This document shows, piece by piece, positions 40,615 through 55,479 of a stretch of 64,000 bases of DNA (position 1 is its first letter; every line of letters starts with the position of its first letter). Under the pieces are notes generated by a model. The model had not been told where the DNA came from. It was given only the letters and a program-made list of their open reading frames with translations, and did not search any database. The position numbers and the translations under genes were made by a program. The stretch lies in contig CM120649.1 of NCBI GenBank assembly GCA_051362555.1, forward strand, positions 18,056,567 through 18,120,566. The letters run 5' to 3'. Source of the stretch: Lingula anatina. Lineage: Eukaryota; Animalia; Brachiopoda.

Positions 40615-42663
40615 CCAGTCCGTCTTATTGGTCAATACTCGTGCTTCATCCTTCAACTTTACACGCTGGAAACTGTAACTGGAGATAAATACAAATAATG
40701 GTGATCCTGAAACAAAGTTAAGAGGCCTGTAAATTGTTCACAGTTCACGACAACATCGTTAAAAGAATAGACCTAAAATATAAATAGGAATACGCCAATC
40801 GTAGGGAAGGCACCCGGGGTAGCGACAATAATAATGAAGTGTCCTCTGGGTAGAGGAGAGTCACAGACTGCTGTATAATACTCGGGGTGAAGATGTACCC
40901 GCTCGGTTTTGGTGAATCACTGTTGTACGTGGTATTAGGTGTATAATTCTACCGGATATTTTTAATTTTGATTTAAAAATTAGTGCTCACGTAGAGCTCC
41001 ATCTGCATGCACACTGTATTCGAATGCAATGCCTAGACATCTTAATTTACAGTCTACACGTGTGAGGGTACAGCAATCAGAGTAATATGCAATTTATACT
41101 ATTTATACACTGCAGTGATATACCTGATATACATTGCACTTGTAGGCCTACTTTACATTAGTATTTAGGACGATATCGATCACTTCTTAAAAGAAAACAA
41201 CCTACCCGGCACGCTAATAAGCTGACCTGCTAAGAGTGTGTGGCTACATGTACATGTAGAGAGAGATCCTGCATTAATATTTACCACGCGGCGTTTTTGT
41301 GATTACCCATATCTACGCAATGAGGTCACAGACATGTTTTATATCGATTTGCTGCACTAATAGTGCGAACAGCTCAAGTGCATGCGAGGTCAATGAACGG
41401 CCCGCGTCAGTTCAAGGTCAGGACTGTGAGGTGGGTGGGTTTCGAGGGGGGGGGGGGAGGGGACAAAGTGTTACCCGTTTTTTGACTTGAAAATGTCCAC
41501 TGGATCGAAAATTGATCTTATCCATATCATATGCCGTTTCTCAAGTCGGCTCGACTAAGGGGCCGAGGTAAAAAGGACAATTTATTATTAGAAAAAAAAA
41601 CCCTTTGGAATTGCTGGCAACAAGTTCAAAGATAAAAGATTAAAATATAATCGACCAATCACCGAACCAAATAATGGAGGTTGAGTGTGGGGTCTGGGGG
41701 GGGCGGGGTCTCGAGAGGAGGCACAAGGATCAGTACTAGTGTTTGACACAATTGCTTGACAACATGCTGTAGCAAAAACAAAAGCGAGTAGTGAATAGAT
41801 GCGTCCTCCTCCCTCAATCATCCAAACATTGCAGCAGATGCTTGCATCCTATACAAGGGTGTTGAAATACCAAGAAGAAGGTACATGTACGTTGATTATT
41901 CTGTTTACTTTGTCTCTTTTACACTCAGTGCACATAAGTAATATGTGAACAGGGAAACTACATATCGATTATCTTCACTTTCTTCGTTCCAAATATGTCC
42001 ATGAAACGTTTTTTAAACTCACAACATATTTACATATGTTACATCAATGTATAAGTCAGGGTGTACAGAGAATGTTTACCTTCTCCTTCGCGGTGTCACA
42101 TTTTTTTTATTTTAATCATAAAAAATTCAACAAGAATAAACTGTTTTCCAACAGCTACTCCAAATATGCTATATTACAACTAAAGAGGTTACTGCAAGCC
42201 ACGCAAGATTTTCCCGCTGTTATTCAATCTTACTTATTCATAATAAATAAATAAATACCCCGGTAGATTAATAAAAAATCAATAATGAAATTCATATTTT
42301 TATTAGATAAATAGCTTCTTACAGAATCTTATAATTAAATCATTCAGACACCTCTTCCGTCTTTAAATTTTGAGTGCAATCCTTCGTTTCTCACGTCTGG
42401 TGTAACGTCCGTTTATGCAGCAATTAAACCACCGACAATTCAATGGGCTAAAGACATGGCCAGTATGAGTTTTACTTTCAGCTGTCTATAAATTCTTTCT
42501 TTTTCATTCTCCATACTTTTTGAATAATAACAATGTTTATCTACTAAAATCAAATTGCGCCATTTCTTTATCAACTGTTCTGAAACACAAACTCAGACAT
42601 TATTTATTTTTCATTTGTTTCATATTTTTAAAGGCGACTGTCAACATATTAAGTCCACACATG

Positions 42664-43871
42664 TCAGGATCTCATTTTAATGAACTTTCCCTGTACAAAT
42701 ATCCTGGGAACACAGAGCCCTTCCTTCTTATTGACCGTTTCCCTGGTAACATAGTCACAGTTGTCAATCTGGTAGCCTGCTCTGGCGAACAAATCTGACA
42801 GGTAGTCTGAAATAAATTCAAAAATTAAATGAATAAATAAATAAATACATAGTAAAATCATTAAATAAATAAACGAATGAATAAATAAATAAAGTAATGA
42901 AATGAAAAAATCTAACACATAAATTAATACTAAAAAAATCATACAAATGAAAAAAATAATCTGACATGAACATATGAATGATTTGATTGATTTAGCATAA
43001 AAAAGCAACTTTCCTTTACATGGAAAAAAATGCTCTCCATGTCTCTATGAGGATTGATATATCTACCCAATTCATTTGTTTTTCAGAAAAGAACGCGAGA
43101 GCTGTTACCTGTTGAGAAATAATATGCTCGCGTGCCATCTTGTCGCACGTAAAAATTTTCTGCCAGTTTCTGACCCGGAGAAAACCTCAGTTGAGCGTAG
43201 TCATAGAGACCATAGTCTCGAACCAGAACACACCCACCTGGCTTGAGGACCTGGAATATCAGGAAATGACACCTTAGTTAACAAATAAAATTGTTTTGAC
43301 CTATTGGAATTGACATAAGGAGTGAAACATTTCTGAATTAGTCTACTGTAAAAAATCACCAAGCCTGAATAAAAAGGAAAAAGGAACTGTCTGATGATTC
43401 AAAATAATTCCATTTCTTGTATCAGCATAATGGTGACAAAAATACAGACATCATTTATTAAAGAAAATTCACATTTTCCCTCTCACCTTATAAATATTTT
43501 CTAAAGCAGAGAGCATTTTCTCTGGGTGGATGGCACTGAGCACAAATATCATGCTGACGATGTCCACAGTGGGGTTGACAAGAGTGTCCAGCAGGGGGTC
43601 CTGGGTCAGGTCACACTGGAAGGCCATACACTGGGAGCTGTTATACAGGGGGTGGTCCTGAAAAAATTAAGGTCCTTCTCACATCAGGCCAATTTGAGAG
43701 GTTGGTGAATCACCATGAAGGATAGAGTGATATTTTTCTTTTTACTTTTAAATTTATTTATTTTTAATTTATGTTATTATTATTATTTTTGGGGGATGTG
43801 TATAAGCTGGGTCACTGTGGAGGTGATCACCTTATGGATTTTTATAATAGCAATAACAAGAGTTGTGTTGT

Positions 43872-43916
<45 letters not shown>

Positions 43917-44715
43917 CAAGAGCAGAGAAAGAGGGAGGGAGAGATGGAGAGATTTCACAAAGTAAATAAGTGGTACATACCTTCACAAACTGCACAGCTC
44001 TTGGAGAAAAATCACAAGCGTAGAAGAAGAGGTTTGGATTCTCTTCAAGAAGAGGGAAAAGAAAATTCCCCACTCCACACCCCACTTCCAAAACAATTTT
44101 CTTTTCTTCCTACAGGCACAAAAATAAGCATCATAGATGAATGGGGAATGTCCTAGGTACAAAACAGCGGTTGTTTCATCTTACATGTAGTAGTACGGTA
44201 GTTACAATTAAAACTGTGGTATTATCATCAAATACATAAAATTACATGTAAAATGTTTCTGAATTAAATGAGGTCAGGCCTGAACAACACTAATCATGAA
44301 GACGAAAACATCCAACCTGACTGCTATCAAATCCACTAAGTTCTCGAAACTCCCTGGAAGTCCAGTGTCTGTCTTTAAAGAACTTGGTGCTGTTCCTTTT
44401 ATAAAACTTGTCCCAGTTTTTCTGTGCCTCTTTTTCTAAAGTCATCTGTTTGAAGTCATTCACAACACGTGTGTCTTGCGACAGTTTGGCCGCCTCTTCT
44501 TCAGTCAGTGTTCTGGGATGGTGACCCGAGGTTTTCATACTGTGAGAACCTGTATAATTTAAACTGGGGACAGGTATGTTGGTGCAATTGTCCCCGTTTC
44601 CCTGACTGGTCTCTTCCTGGCAGTTAGGGCTTGAATTGGACACAGGTAAACTTAAAGACGTACATGTATGCGTGTCTTTTGGATCTTGATTTTCAAATTC
44701 AGTACCAGCTTCCAT
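42664..44715 (-). CDS. METTL6: tRNA N3-methylcytidine methyltransferase METTL6
   Basis: Five exons; [28 protein letters not shown] motif [38 protein letters not shown]...[33 protein letters not shown]; in-frame stop upstream of the ATG. Confidence 0.93.
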
Positions 44716-45265
44716 TTCTCCAATGATTTAAAATCCTGCATCAAGAAAAATTAGAAGCAAGTTAATCATCACATAATATAAGCGTTACTTATTATAAGTT
44801 CACACTGAAAACACCTTTATGTATATTGTATACTGGTAGTACAGTCACTAATCACTGTTACAGTGGAGCAGTGGGGGGAGGGAGGGGTGATCGAGGGTGT
44901 ACTGTACAGCAATATGTGCTCGTAAGTTATATTATTATACTTTGTCAATAGTGTAATTACCTTTCAGTCTGATCTTTCACTGTGTGTGGTTGTATTCAGC
45001 TTCAGGGAAACTCTTCCATCTTGAATTTCATTCTTGGTGAAAATACTCTGTAAATAATTGAGACTTTGAGTGTAAATTAGATTCACACCAGAGTAACTTT
45101 ATCCCACTTGCAAACGGAGAGAGAGAGAGAGAACACTCCCTTCCCCCAATACATACATATCCCTTCCCCCCAACACATAATATAAGGGATCTGTATCTAC
45201 ATATAACATACTCCACTATAATTGGTTCTGATCGAGTTGCTACATGTGCTCACCTTTGTTTACCT

Positions 45266-45275
45266 CGCCATGTTT
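45266..45275 (-). promoter_or_regulatory. YY1-like motif near the probable METTL6 transcription start
   Basis: CGCCATGTTT (AAACATGGCG on minus) just upstream of a GTGAG donor at ~45253. Confidence 0.3.
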
Positions 45276-45611
45276 GAGAGGCCATTGGCTGACGCATACA
45301 GGTGTGCCCTATCAGAACACACGCTGTCATATCAGACCAGGAGTCATTTAAGTGTCATCTCAAACCAAAGAGTGAAGTTATCGCAGGTAAAGTAAATATG
45401 TTAATGTGTAAGTTAAGCATGTGCCCTTAGAATTACTTTGTAGCTGATATATATATATATACAGCTGATATATATATAAATATATATTTGTTTAATTTCT
45501 TTGACTGAATTATTCATACTAGAAAGTATTGATATCTATAACCAAGGAGTTATACTGTAACTCCTTGCTATAACCATAGGTGATCCCTCCACCACCACCC
45601 CTCCCCCGGGC

Positions 45612-45642
<31 letters not shown>

Positions 45643-46361
45643 AAGGAACAGCGAACTCAGTATTTTCTCTCGATTTTTTTTTAGAATTTATTGTCATGTT
45701 ATACAAACAGAAAGGACAAATACATAAAATATACATTTCCACCGCCAAGACATGAAGAAGAGATGGAACGACGTCTTCTTAATTTGTTCGAATCCCAAAC
45801 TTCAAGTGCCGACTAGGCATTCAGCCTTATTTATATGCAATTGAGAAAGCTTGGTGACCAGATGTCAGTGCTGGTAAGTAATACACTATTCGGCTGCATT
45901 CACGTTACAATCGTATACATGTTACCCCTACTATGTAAAAGTTCGTGTTTCACGTGCCAAGAACAGAAACTGTCAATCACACTGCATGAAATCAATATAT
46001 TCTAAAACGTTCATACAATTAAATTGAGTCATGATGAATACACAAAAGTTTAACTCTCTCTCTCTCTCTCTCTTCGTGTCAACAAGGCCTTTTCGGCCGT
46101 CTTCATAATTGAGTCGTCACAAGTAAACTGATGAACTCCACAGCTTAGAGATACTTTTGCGCATGCGTCAAGGTGTCGGAATCTCCTCCGAGCGTAGCCG
46201 AGAATTAATTACAGTTTTGGAGGTAACTGGCTCGCGCTGCCAGTAATTACGCCGTGGGGTATTCAGGGCACAGACCGTGATCACAAGATACCGCCAATAG
46301 ATTTTTAGATTTTTAGAAAATAGATTTTCCATGTGAACGGTCTCCAATAGTCAATGTCGTC

Positions 46362-48522
46362 CTACAGTGCACCCAAACAGTTATCTTCATAATATTCATA
46401 GCCAGTGCTTGCCTGCAAGTCATCGAATAGGGCAGTACTGGGCAGAAGTTCACAGAAACATTGGTCATTTCCGGCACAGAAAACGTTTATGGCCACACAC
46501 TCCCAGTGATTCATACAGGAGATGCTGCATTCGATGAGGCTCTCCACATTCAGCGTGGACATGGGCACAAGGGGTGCGCGCGCACCTGCTGCTACCCGAC
46601 GAAACCTGGTTGAACCTCTACACGAAATACCTGCAAAAAATGGCTTTTATCAACCACGGGACTATAACAAAGCGTTCGGAACGAAGACGGCGCTGATTGT
46701 CAGGTTTTCGCCAACTTCATCATATGAACTTTGTTAAGTGAATAAGTGTGATTTATTGACATCCCTGCATATTTTAATTGCATTTTTAAAGCTCATATTA
46801 ATACCGTGTACTTAACAACGCCACATGTGGTAGTACATTGGCAAAGTTGTGTCTAAATTAATAACCAATTGGCTTGCAAACGATCTATGCAAACAAAAAT
46901 CTGTCCTCAGTTTTGAACTACCGAGGGTAAGGAATATATAGCCTTACGTTGTAAAAACTAAAGTAATATCTTATACAGTACCTTTATGCATTGTGCAGTA
47001 GCGTATTTGTGTTGAAAAAAAATTCATCCTCGGAACTTTGTAAGACTGGGAATATCCTGTGAAAAACGATTGTGAGAAACACACTTACCATGAACCTCCA
47101 CTTCACAAAGCTGCAACGCATGGGTGTCACTGCCAACTTTAATGATCAAGACATATCGTCCTCTCAATGGTAACCCACAGGACAGAGACGTGTTCCCCAC
47201 AGGTGCCGCCCCCGGGTAACTGCCGCAGAGTTTGTACTGGGTAAATGATGAACTGTCCTCGTAAGAGGTTCCAACTCTCACTTCGAAATTATTCAAACGG
47301 TCAGCTGAAAACAAAAGTGATCAATATGTTCAATTTGATGTAACCTTTTGATCATAGATCCGTAGGTAGTACAGTGGATACCGGTAAATACACGCATTGA
47401 TAAAGTACCGCTATGTGAGAAAATTATCACACATTTCCTTGCCCACTTTGCAAATGTATAATCTTGAATGAATCATAGCTTACTGTTGTACGTTTACGGT
47501 TTACATGTACAATAACGAAATACGAGTATGTTGACTAAATTGATAATGTATACCAAATACAGAATCACCGTACAATGACTGTCGCCACGGTTTGTTATCA
47601 TAATACCGATGACGCCCGCAGTGGTTTCTAAGTCCACCAGCCACCATTGCCCCTGACCACCATAGGTGTGAGAACAACCCCCGGATCTGAATCTGTCGTC
47701 ATAGTTACCGTCCACAGCACGACTGGCATGGTACTCATTTCGGTAGGTAGAACTTTGATAGGCGGGTTTACCTTTAGCCAAATTCTGCTTGCTACCGCTG
47801 CATAGTGCCGCATCTGCCGGAGAGAAACAACAACAATAATAATAATAATAATAACTAGAAAAGCACTCAGAGAACGCAGACCTCCACAAAGCCAGCAAAG
47901 TCTCCATCCAATGCCGTTTCACCCCTAAATTTTCGATATTTTTGATTATTGATTATTGATCCGGATCACCACCAAAAACTAATCATCTGTTCCATGGCAG
48001 TTCCTGAAAATTTCATCATAATCGGTCCATAACTTAGTTTTCTGATTATTGTTTATTGATTGATTATTGATCCGGATCGCCACCAAAAAGTTATCACCTC
48101 TTCCTTGGCCCACTTCCGACAGTTCATGAAAATTTCATCAAAATCGGTTTATAATTTTTTGAGTTATGTTGATGACAGACGGACAAACAGACAAACAGGG
48201 GTGAAAACATAACCTCCTTGGCGGAGGTAATAATGTGCAACTAAAATGGATGTTACAGTGTACCAAACATTGAATATAGCTTTTATTCTGAAAGATATGG
48301 AAATAACATTTTCAGAATACATAAGATAAAAGCATCCTATCACACGTATAAATATTGTAATTATATTGCCTTGCTACATAGCAAAGTAAGTGATTTTTTA
48401 GTATTATTTTTTTTCTTATTAAAGTAAGAAAACGCCCTTTTTATCTAGTGCGATTTGCCAAAGTCAAACTTACCAAAAACTATTACAGTAACCCCGAAAA
48501 GCAGAAGTCGTAGGCTCACCAT
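46362..48522 (-). CDS. Secreted F-type lectin (fucolectin) + PAN/apple-like domain protein, copy 1
   Basis: Exons 48474-48522 (MVSLRLLLFGVTVIVF), 47574-47813 (NLAKGKPAYQSST, AVDGN, CSHT, WWLVDL, TNRGD), 47089-47304 (RLNNFEVRVG...GRYV...LQLCEVEV), 46362-46630 (ECSISCMNHWECVAIN...CEL). Confidence 0.88.
47853..48230. mobile_element. Non-autonomous Helentron/HINE-like insertion in intron 1 of F-type lectin copy 1
   Basis: Starts actagaaaagcactcagagaacgcagacctcc, ends with hairpin acctccttggcggaggt; absent at the equivalent site of copy 2 (~53118). Confidence 0.7.
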
Positions 48523-49496
48523 ACTTTATACGCTCTCCTTATCCTTGCAGCAACGGGGTTAAGGCGCAAGACGCCGGCAGACAAACGAAAAAAATGTCCA
48601 GTGTCCCTCCGATAGTTAATTGCTGAAAGTGAAATTGCCGATATCGCCGGTGAAAAGTTCAATCAATGCTCATAGAGTGCCAACGTGAATTGACTTCATC
48701 GTGATTGGGGATCAGATAAATGAACAAGAAGTTCCCCCATGTCGAATTGAATCGAACCTCATTCAGTGATTTTAACTCTCATACAACTTATAGAATTCGT
48801 TCTTTCCCAGTTGATAGGGCGATCACAATCTAAAGAAAGGTCCATTGTCTTGTATACGTGGTATAATTAAAAAATCTGTTCCACTGTCGTATATCGATTT
48901 CACTTTTTTTCATTGGAGATTACCTTAATGTTCACAATGTTTGTTACCCGTCCTTACATGTTGTGTTATCAATTGATCTTTTTTTCTTGTTTACTTATTT
49001 CTCTGATCAATTGCGCTTTGGTGTATATTTAATTATGAATAAAGACTATGAAAATGAGATGATTGCTACTGTAGCTAAAAAAGGCTCGTCTTACGTACGC
49101 TTGTTTTCAGTTTCATATTTAACATATTTTTCTATCGAGCCCAAGGAATAACAGTTTTAGAACCGTCATTCTTAGTTCTAATATAGAACTGTATATATTA
49201 CTTAGGCCTCTTTATAAAGAGTTCTTGTTGCACGACCTTTGCAAAAATCAAAACCATGATCGAAGCTGGATAACGTCTTCAGGCGAAATCTGAATGGTAG
49301 CATATATTCTTAACAGAACGGAAAATACAAGCAAAGCGGACCAAGCAACTCCCAGCTACAGGTATATTTGTACATCTTTGTAATGCCTTTGATTCAATAA
49401 ATACACGGGCCCTCGTTAAAGACACACGGCAATTTTGCAGACAAGATGGGAAAACATCAAAAGTGCGATCCCTTAATTGTCATCAGAAGTCTTAGA

Positions 49497-49763
49497 TGAC
49501 AATGGCCCCTTTCAAATACAACCGACCACAGTTTGAAAGCGATGGCACTGATTCCTGATGGTCTCCCCAACTCCCCTCGCGCCTTTAAACAGATTATATC
49601 TCTGCTCCGAGGTTTAATTGCTAGGCCCCTGCAGCAACGGCGCGTGTGGAGATTGGGAGACCGTCAGGAATCGGCGGCATCGCTTTTGAACTGGGATCGG
49701 CCATATTTAGTCGGCGGATCAATAAGTACTCGGATCATCCATTCTGAATGGGGTCATTGTCAC
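49497..49763. mobile_element. Possible MITE
   Basis: Inverted ends tgacaatggcccctttca / tgaatggggtcattgtca; lies in a segment not shared with the duplicated block of copy 2. Confidence 0.5.
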
Positions 49764-50291
49764 CATTCCTGTTCGTTCTGCTAATTAAAACACTAGATAT
49801 GTGAGTTTCCAGAGACTTATGAACCTAAGGGTGTATCAACCATCTAAAATGGATCACCAATAGAATAAACAATATCATCAATAAAGGGGAACACATATTT
49901 TATTTTACGTAATGAATTCTTATTGATTTTTAGGGTGCACGAAGGCATCTGCACGGGCTCATATTTACAATCGCTAATGTATACGGATGTTGAACCATTA
50001 TGACAACCATTTTGCAATGAAGTGCTACACTTTTATACGTCAAATGTCTAATGTTGTCAGAAAATAATTGATTTTACTCGATATAAGGTCACATTAAAAT
50101 AACGGGGACAGTGTGTTTCTCATCATGACAGGTAGAGACAAAAATAAATATTTGAGAATAGTTTTACATACAAATATATGTTCATTGTTGTGCAAGTTAC
50201 AACACTGGTAAATATGCTTTAATAGGAGAAAGGCTCCATCAACACTTGTTTTAAATATATATTTAAAGTTTACCGCTACACGGATTGATTT

Positions 50292-50597
50292 TTATAGATA
50301 TACCAGTATAACACACCCCCTTCCATGTAAACGCATAACGTTATAATAACGTTACCATAACATCTTTATAGATATACTGGTATAACACACCCCTTCCATG
50401 TAAACACATAACGTTATAATAACGTTACCATAGCATATTTATAGATAGGCCCCTATACCAGTATAACACACCCCCTTCCATGTAAACACATAACGTTATA
50501 ATAACGTTACCATAGCATATTTATAGATAGGCCCCTATACCAGTATAACACACCCCCTTCCATGTAAATACATAACGTTATAATAACGTTACCATAC
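50292..50597. repeat. Minisatellite, ~4 copies of a ~75-80-bp unit (ataccagtataacacacccccttccatgtaaacacataacgttataataacgttaccat...)
   Basis: Direct tandem copies. Confidence 0.9.
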
Positions 50598-51410
50598 CGT
50601 TTATCTATTCAATAAAAACGTTATGAAAAATTAGATTGAGGGTCTACCGATAGAAATACGTCATGTAACAACCAACAAATATCCAACCTACATGTTTATA
50701 CATGTATATGTCAACTATTTTATACACACGAATTACGGATACTCAATGAGATTCTCCGAACGTTCATGTTTTTTTTATAATTATTATTTAGACTAGATAA
50801 ACAGGGCAACTTGCTGTTCTCAATTCGTTATTTCGAGACTATCAGGTCTGAATAAGTTTTAGTCTTGTTACAATTCCCGTGATGCATATTATAGAACTGA
50901 TTGTTTAAGAACAGTTGACAAAATGTATTTTAGAAACTGGTGACAAATAAAACTGATGTCGGAGACTAGAAGATATATAGTACAAATATGAAGAAGCAGC
51001 TGAAGTCGGAGACGCTCAAGGTAATGCCCGAAAGACCATCTTTGTTTCTGGCGCACGAAGGTGGAAGGGTGGTGGCAAAGTGGATATAGGTGGAAGAGCG
51101 CACTGCATTTGAGAAGTTTTTGGCTCTTAATTTAAGTTCATGTCAATTTTGCACCCAGCATTCAAACTCATGTTGCTGAAATGTAAACGTGAACTTCTCA
51201 CTGCATAAACGCATAGAACAGGCTGGCATTCTAGTGTATTCCCTACGGGAGATAAACCGTATCTATAAACTCTGTATATAGTGAAGAAGAACAAATCAAA
51301 CAAACAAATAAAGAATGATCGATTTTCTGAAAACCTATATTGACTCAGAATGCGCACAATGATAAAAAGCTATTATAGTAATATGAACACAAATATCGTG
51401 ATATTGTATA

Positions 51411-51672
51411 AGACTGGGTTCCCATCCCTAGATCGATCTAACAGGATCGGTCCATCTCCACGGGGTTTCTCGCTAAATTGCTTTCAGCCTGAGTGGTTAA
51501 TATGTCTGGATGTCTGCTAAAGCTGCTACACGATAGTTAATTACTCCCTTTTATAAAAGGGAGTAACAGCGTGACAGACATCTAAGCCGCTTAAATTAAT
51601 TGCAATTAAGCGAGAATCTCCTCTAAGATATAGTTCGATCAAAAGTTAGTACGAAAGTCTCTGGGAATGGTC
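51411..51672. mobile_element. Possible MITE; a related end occurs at ~4845-4880
   Basis: Right end tagtacgaaagtctctgggaatggtc is the reverse complement of gaccattcccagagcctatcgtacta at 4845; imperfect inverted left end. Confidence 0.45.
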
Positions 51673-51687
51673 TCTTAGATTATTCAA

Positions 51688-53415
51688 TCAAAAACAGCTA
51701 TCTTCATAATATTCATATCCAGCGTCTGTCTGCAAGTCGCCGGACTGGGCAGTACTGGGCAGAAGTTCACAGACACATTGGTCATTTCCGGCACAGAGAA
51801 CGTTTATGGCCACACACTTCCACTGTTTCATACAAGAACTGCAACATTCGATGTGGCTAACGACATTCAGCGTGGACATGGGCACAAGGGTTGCACGAGC
51901 ACCTGCTGCTACCCGCTGGAACATCGTTGAACTTGGAATACCTGCAAAAGATGACCTAATTAACCACGAGACTATAACAAAGCGGACGGAAGGATGACGG
52001 TGATGATTGACAGGTTATCGCTAACTTCATGGTGAACTTTGTAAAGTGAATAAGCATTATTTATGCACATCCCTGTGTATTCAAAGCCGAATTTTTAAAG
52101 CTTTTAACGTGATGTTAAATATCTTAGAGCTAGAAGGCTTTATGTGTTAGTACGATAACATTGGCGTATCTGTATCAACATTGATAACAAATTAAATTGG
52201 CTTGCAAACACACCAAGAGACCAAAATCTGTCTCAAGTTGAGGTATGCCTAACTGTCTTGGTGGAACTTAAGAATAACATAGCCTAAAGTAATATAAACT
52301 AAAGCAATTTTATATACACATTGCAGTAGCGTATTTGTGTTTAAAAAATCGAAAAAAAATTCTCGGATCGTTATCAGATTTTGGGGCTATCCTGTAAAAG
52401 CGATTATGAGAAACATATTTACCATGGACCTCCACTTCACAAAGCTGCAACGCATGGGTGTCATTACCAACTTTAACGATCAAGACATATCGTCCTCTCA
52501 GTGGTGACCCACAGAACAGAGACGTGTTCCCCACAGGTGCCACCCCCGGGTAACTGGCGCAGTGTTTGTACTGGGTGAATGATGAACTATCTTCGTAAGA
52601 GGTTCCAACTCTCACTTCGAAATTATTCAGACGAAAAGCTGGAAAAATGATCAATATGTTCAATTTGATGTAACCTTTTGAAAATAAAACCGTACGTGGC
52701 ACGGTCGAGAGATACACATATCGATGTCCATTTTGCACATGTATAACCTTAAATGGATCATAGCTAACTACATAAATTGAAGATATATACAAAATACTGG
52801 CACGGAATCAACGTACAATATCCGTCGCCACGGTTTGTGATCTTAACTCCGATGACGCCCGCAGTGGCTTCTAAGTCCACCAGCCACCATTGGCCCTGAA
52901 TACGATTAGTGTGAGAACAACTCCCGCGTCTGTTATTGTCGTCAAAGTTACCGTCCACAGCACGACTGGCATTGAACACACCGTACTCGTTTCGGAAGGT
53001 GGAGCTTTGGTAGGCGGGTTTGCCTTTGGCCAAATTCTGCGTGCAACCTCTGCATAGTGTCGCATCTGCCGGGGAGAAACAATAACAACAACAACAATGA
53101 CAATAATAACAATAATAATATAATGTGCAACTAAAACTGTATAGTACCAAACATAATGAATATAGCTTTAATTCTGAAAGAGATCGAAAGAACATATTCA
53201 GTACATTTTCTAAGTAAGATACAAGCAGCTGATATATAAACACGGATAAATATTGTAGTTTATTATAGTTATATTGCCTTGCTACATATCAAAGTATCAC
53301 CAAAAAATATATTTTCACAAAAAATTAAACAAAAAGACTAGTGCGATTTGCCAATGCCATACTTACCAAAAGATATTACAGAAATCTCGACAAGCAGAAG
53401 CCGCAGGAACACCAT
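51688..53415 (-). CDS. Secreted F-type lectin + PAN/apple-like domain protein, copy 2
   Basis: Exons 53367-53415, 52817-53065, 52423-52638, 51688-51941; highly similar to copy 1 with identical intron phases. Confidence 0.88.
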
Positions 53416-55479
53416 ACTCAATACGCTGACTTTATCCTAGCAATAAAGAAAATTAAGACGCAAGTCGCCGGCATACAAACCAAAAATGTTCAGTTTTCCA
53501 TCCTATAGTTAATTGCTGAATGTGGAATTGCTGAATATGGCCGTGAAAAGTTATATGTATTGATTTCAGCCAAAACATAACATGTCGCATTAAATTAAAC
53601 CTCATTTAATAGCTTTCATCTCTCATACAAATAATATAATTGGTTCTGGCGATCGCAATCTATAGAATATTTATTGTCTTGTATAATTAAAACAATCTGT
53701 TCTGCTGTTGTCTATCGATTTTTCTTTTTTCTTTTTTTTTTTGTTGGAAATTACCTTAATGTCCACAATGTTTGTTACCCGTCCTTACATATTGTGTTAT
53801 CAATCTTTTCATCTTTTGTATTTACTTATTTCCCTGATCAATCACGCTTTGCTGTATATTTAAATATGAATAAAGACTATAAAAGCTAGATGGTTGCAAC
53901 TGTAGCACAAACAATACATAAAGCTGTCACGCCTTGCGTTTGTTTCCCGTTTCATATTAAAAAAATAATTATTATTGTGACTCCAAGGAGCAAATTTTAG
54001 AAGCGCCTAATAAAGTATATATGCCTTTATAAAGGTCACTGTATAACGAGTTCTTGATGCACGACCTTTTGCAAAATCAAAACCATGATCGAAGCTGGGA
54101 AATGTTTTCAGATCTGAATGGTACCATAGAACAATTCCCAACATAACGGATTATAAAGCAGTGAGGACCAAACACCTCCCAGCTACAGCTAAAACAGAGA
54201 AACCTGGACACTAGGCCTCAGTGTCGGCCACGCTGTAATACCTATAACCCCAAGTTTTCATAGTTATAGGGCGGTCCTCGGCGAGAGCATCCGTTTGGAC
54301 CCCTGCAGCTCAAATAAGTGTCGCGACACTTCGCGTAGCCATCCGCATCTGCATCCGTGCATTTTCCTGTATTATTGCTTCCATAATAATCCACCCGAAC
54401 CTGCTTTTTATTTCCACATGTGGCGGCAGGCGTCGTTTTTGCATGTCCCTTTGTAAGAAAGGTTTTACATTGTAAGAGACCTTTTATGAACGATGTTGCT
54501 TGCTTACTATCACCACGCATTCAATTAATGACTTTGCTTTTTTTTTTAAATTTCACACACATGGAGATAAACTTTTCTCATTGATTGCGTTTTTATTCAC
54601 CATTGTTTGTCCGCGGTTTCTCTCTTTTTTATTGTATGCAACTGATCTATTAATTGAAATTGTACACTACATTAACTACACCTTTGTCCTAACTTAGTGG
54701 TTAGGAATAGGATTCTTGAACAAAAATTTTCTATTCAACTCGCTTAGACCTGCGCGATGCTACAATCAAGGTGTTAATCTCATCCGAGGAGACACCTACA
54801 CTGAACCCTCTTCCTGAAGTCCCCCTAGCTGAAATAAAAAACTGCCCCTTGAACCTCCCCATTTTTCTTTTTAATCGTCAAATGATTAGTGATTTCATTG
54901 AACGTCATTAGTCGAAAGCTTTCAAGTGACAAAAACTGAGCCGTGTGCTGACTATTTATTAAAGCGTACTTGTATTCATCATGATCTATATTGTAAATAA
55001 TACTAGCCTAGATTGTGCTTGGATTGATCATCGCCACTGTGTGGCGACTCGCCTATAATACTTGCTGAACGACAGACAACTTAAACATATTATGTGAGTA
55101 ACTGTGTTAATGACTACATTTAGATAAAATATAACAATGTTGGTGATTTAGTCCATCCAACACATTTATATTTGTTCTTTTAAAACTAAACCAAATCTGT
55201 TAACACCAAATCAAAGCAAGGCTTTGCAGACTGGTTTTGTTAAAACTGTCGTATATTAAGTAAAGCCCGTTTTTAGTTCACAGTGTTCATCCCAGCTATA
55301 AAACTGCATGCAGGATAACATGACTCCGTAGGGAATTTTAAAGTTAAAGTGAAAACTTTCATAATGCCCTGTGATTCAGGGTTCCAAGAGGCCCGCGTGA
55401 CACATTGACATCGAAGAGTATTAGAGCCTGAGAGTAAATCTGACTTCGAATTTAGTCCGAACTAATAATAAAATCAGAA

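Noticed and set aside
50292-50597. CRISPR-like repeat array
   Set aside because: No unique spacers and no cas genes; eukaryotic minisatellite
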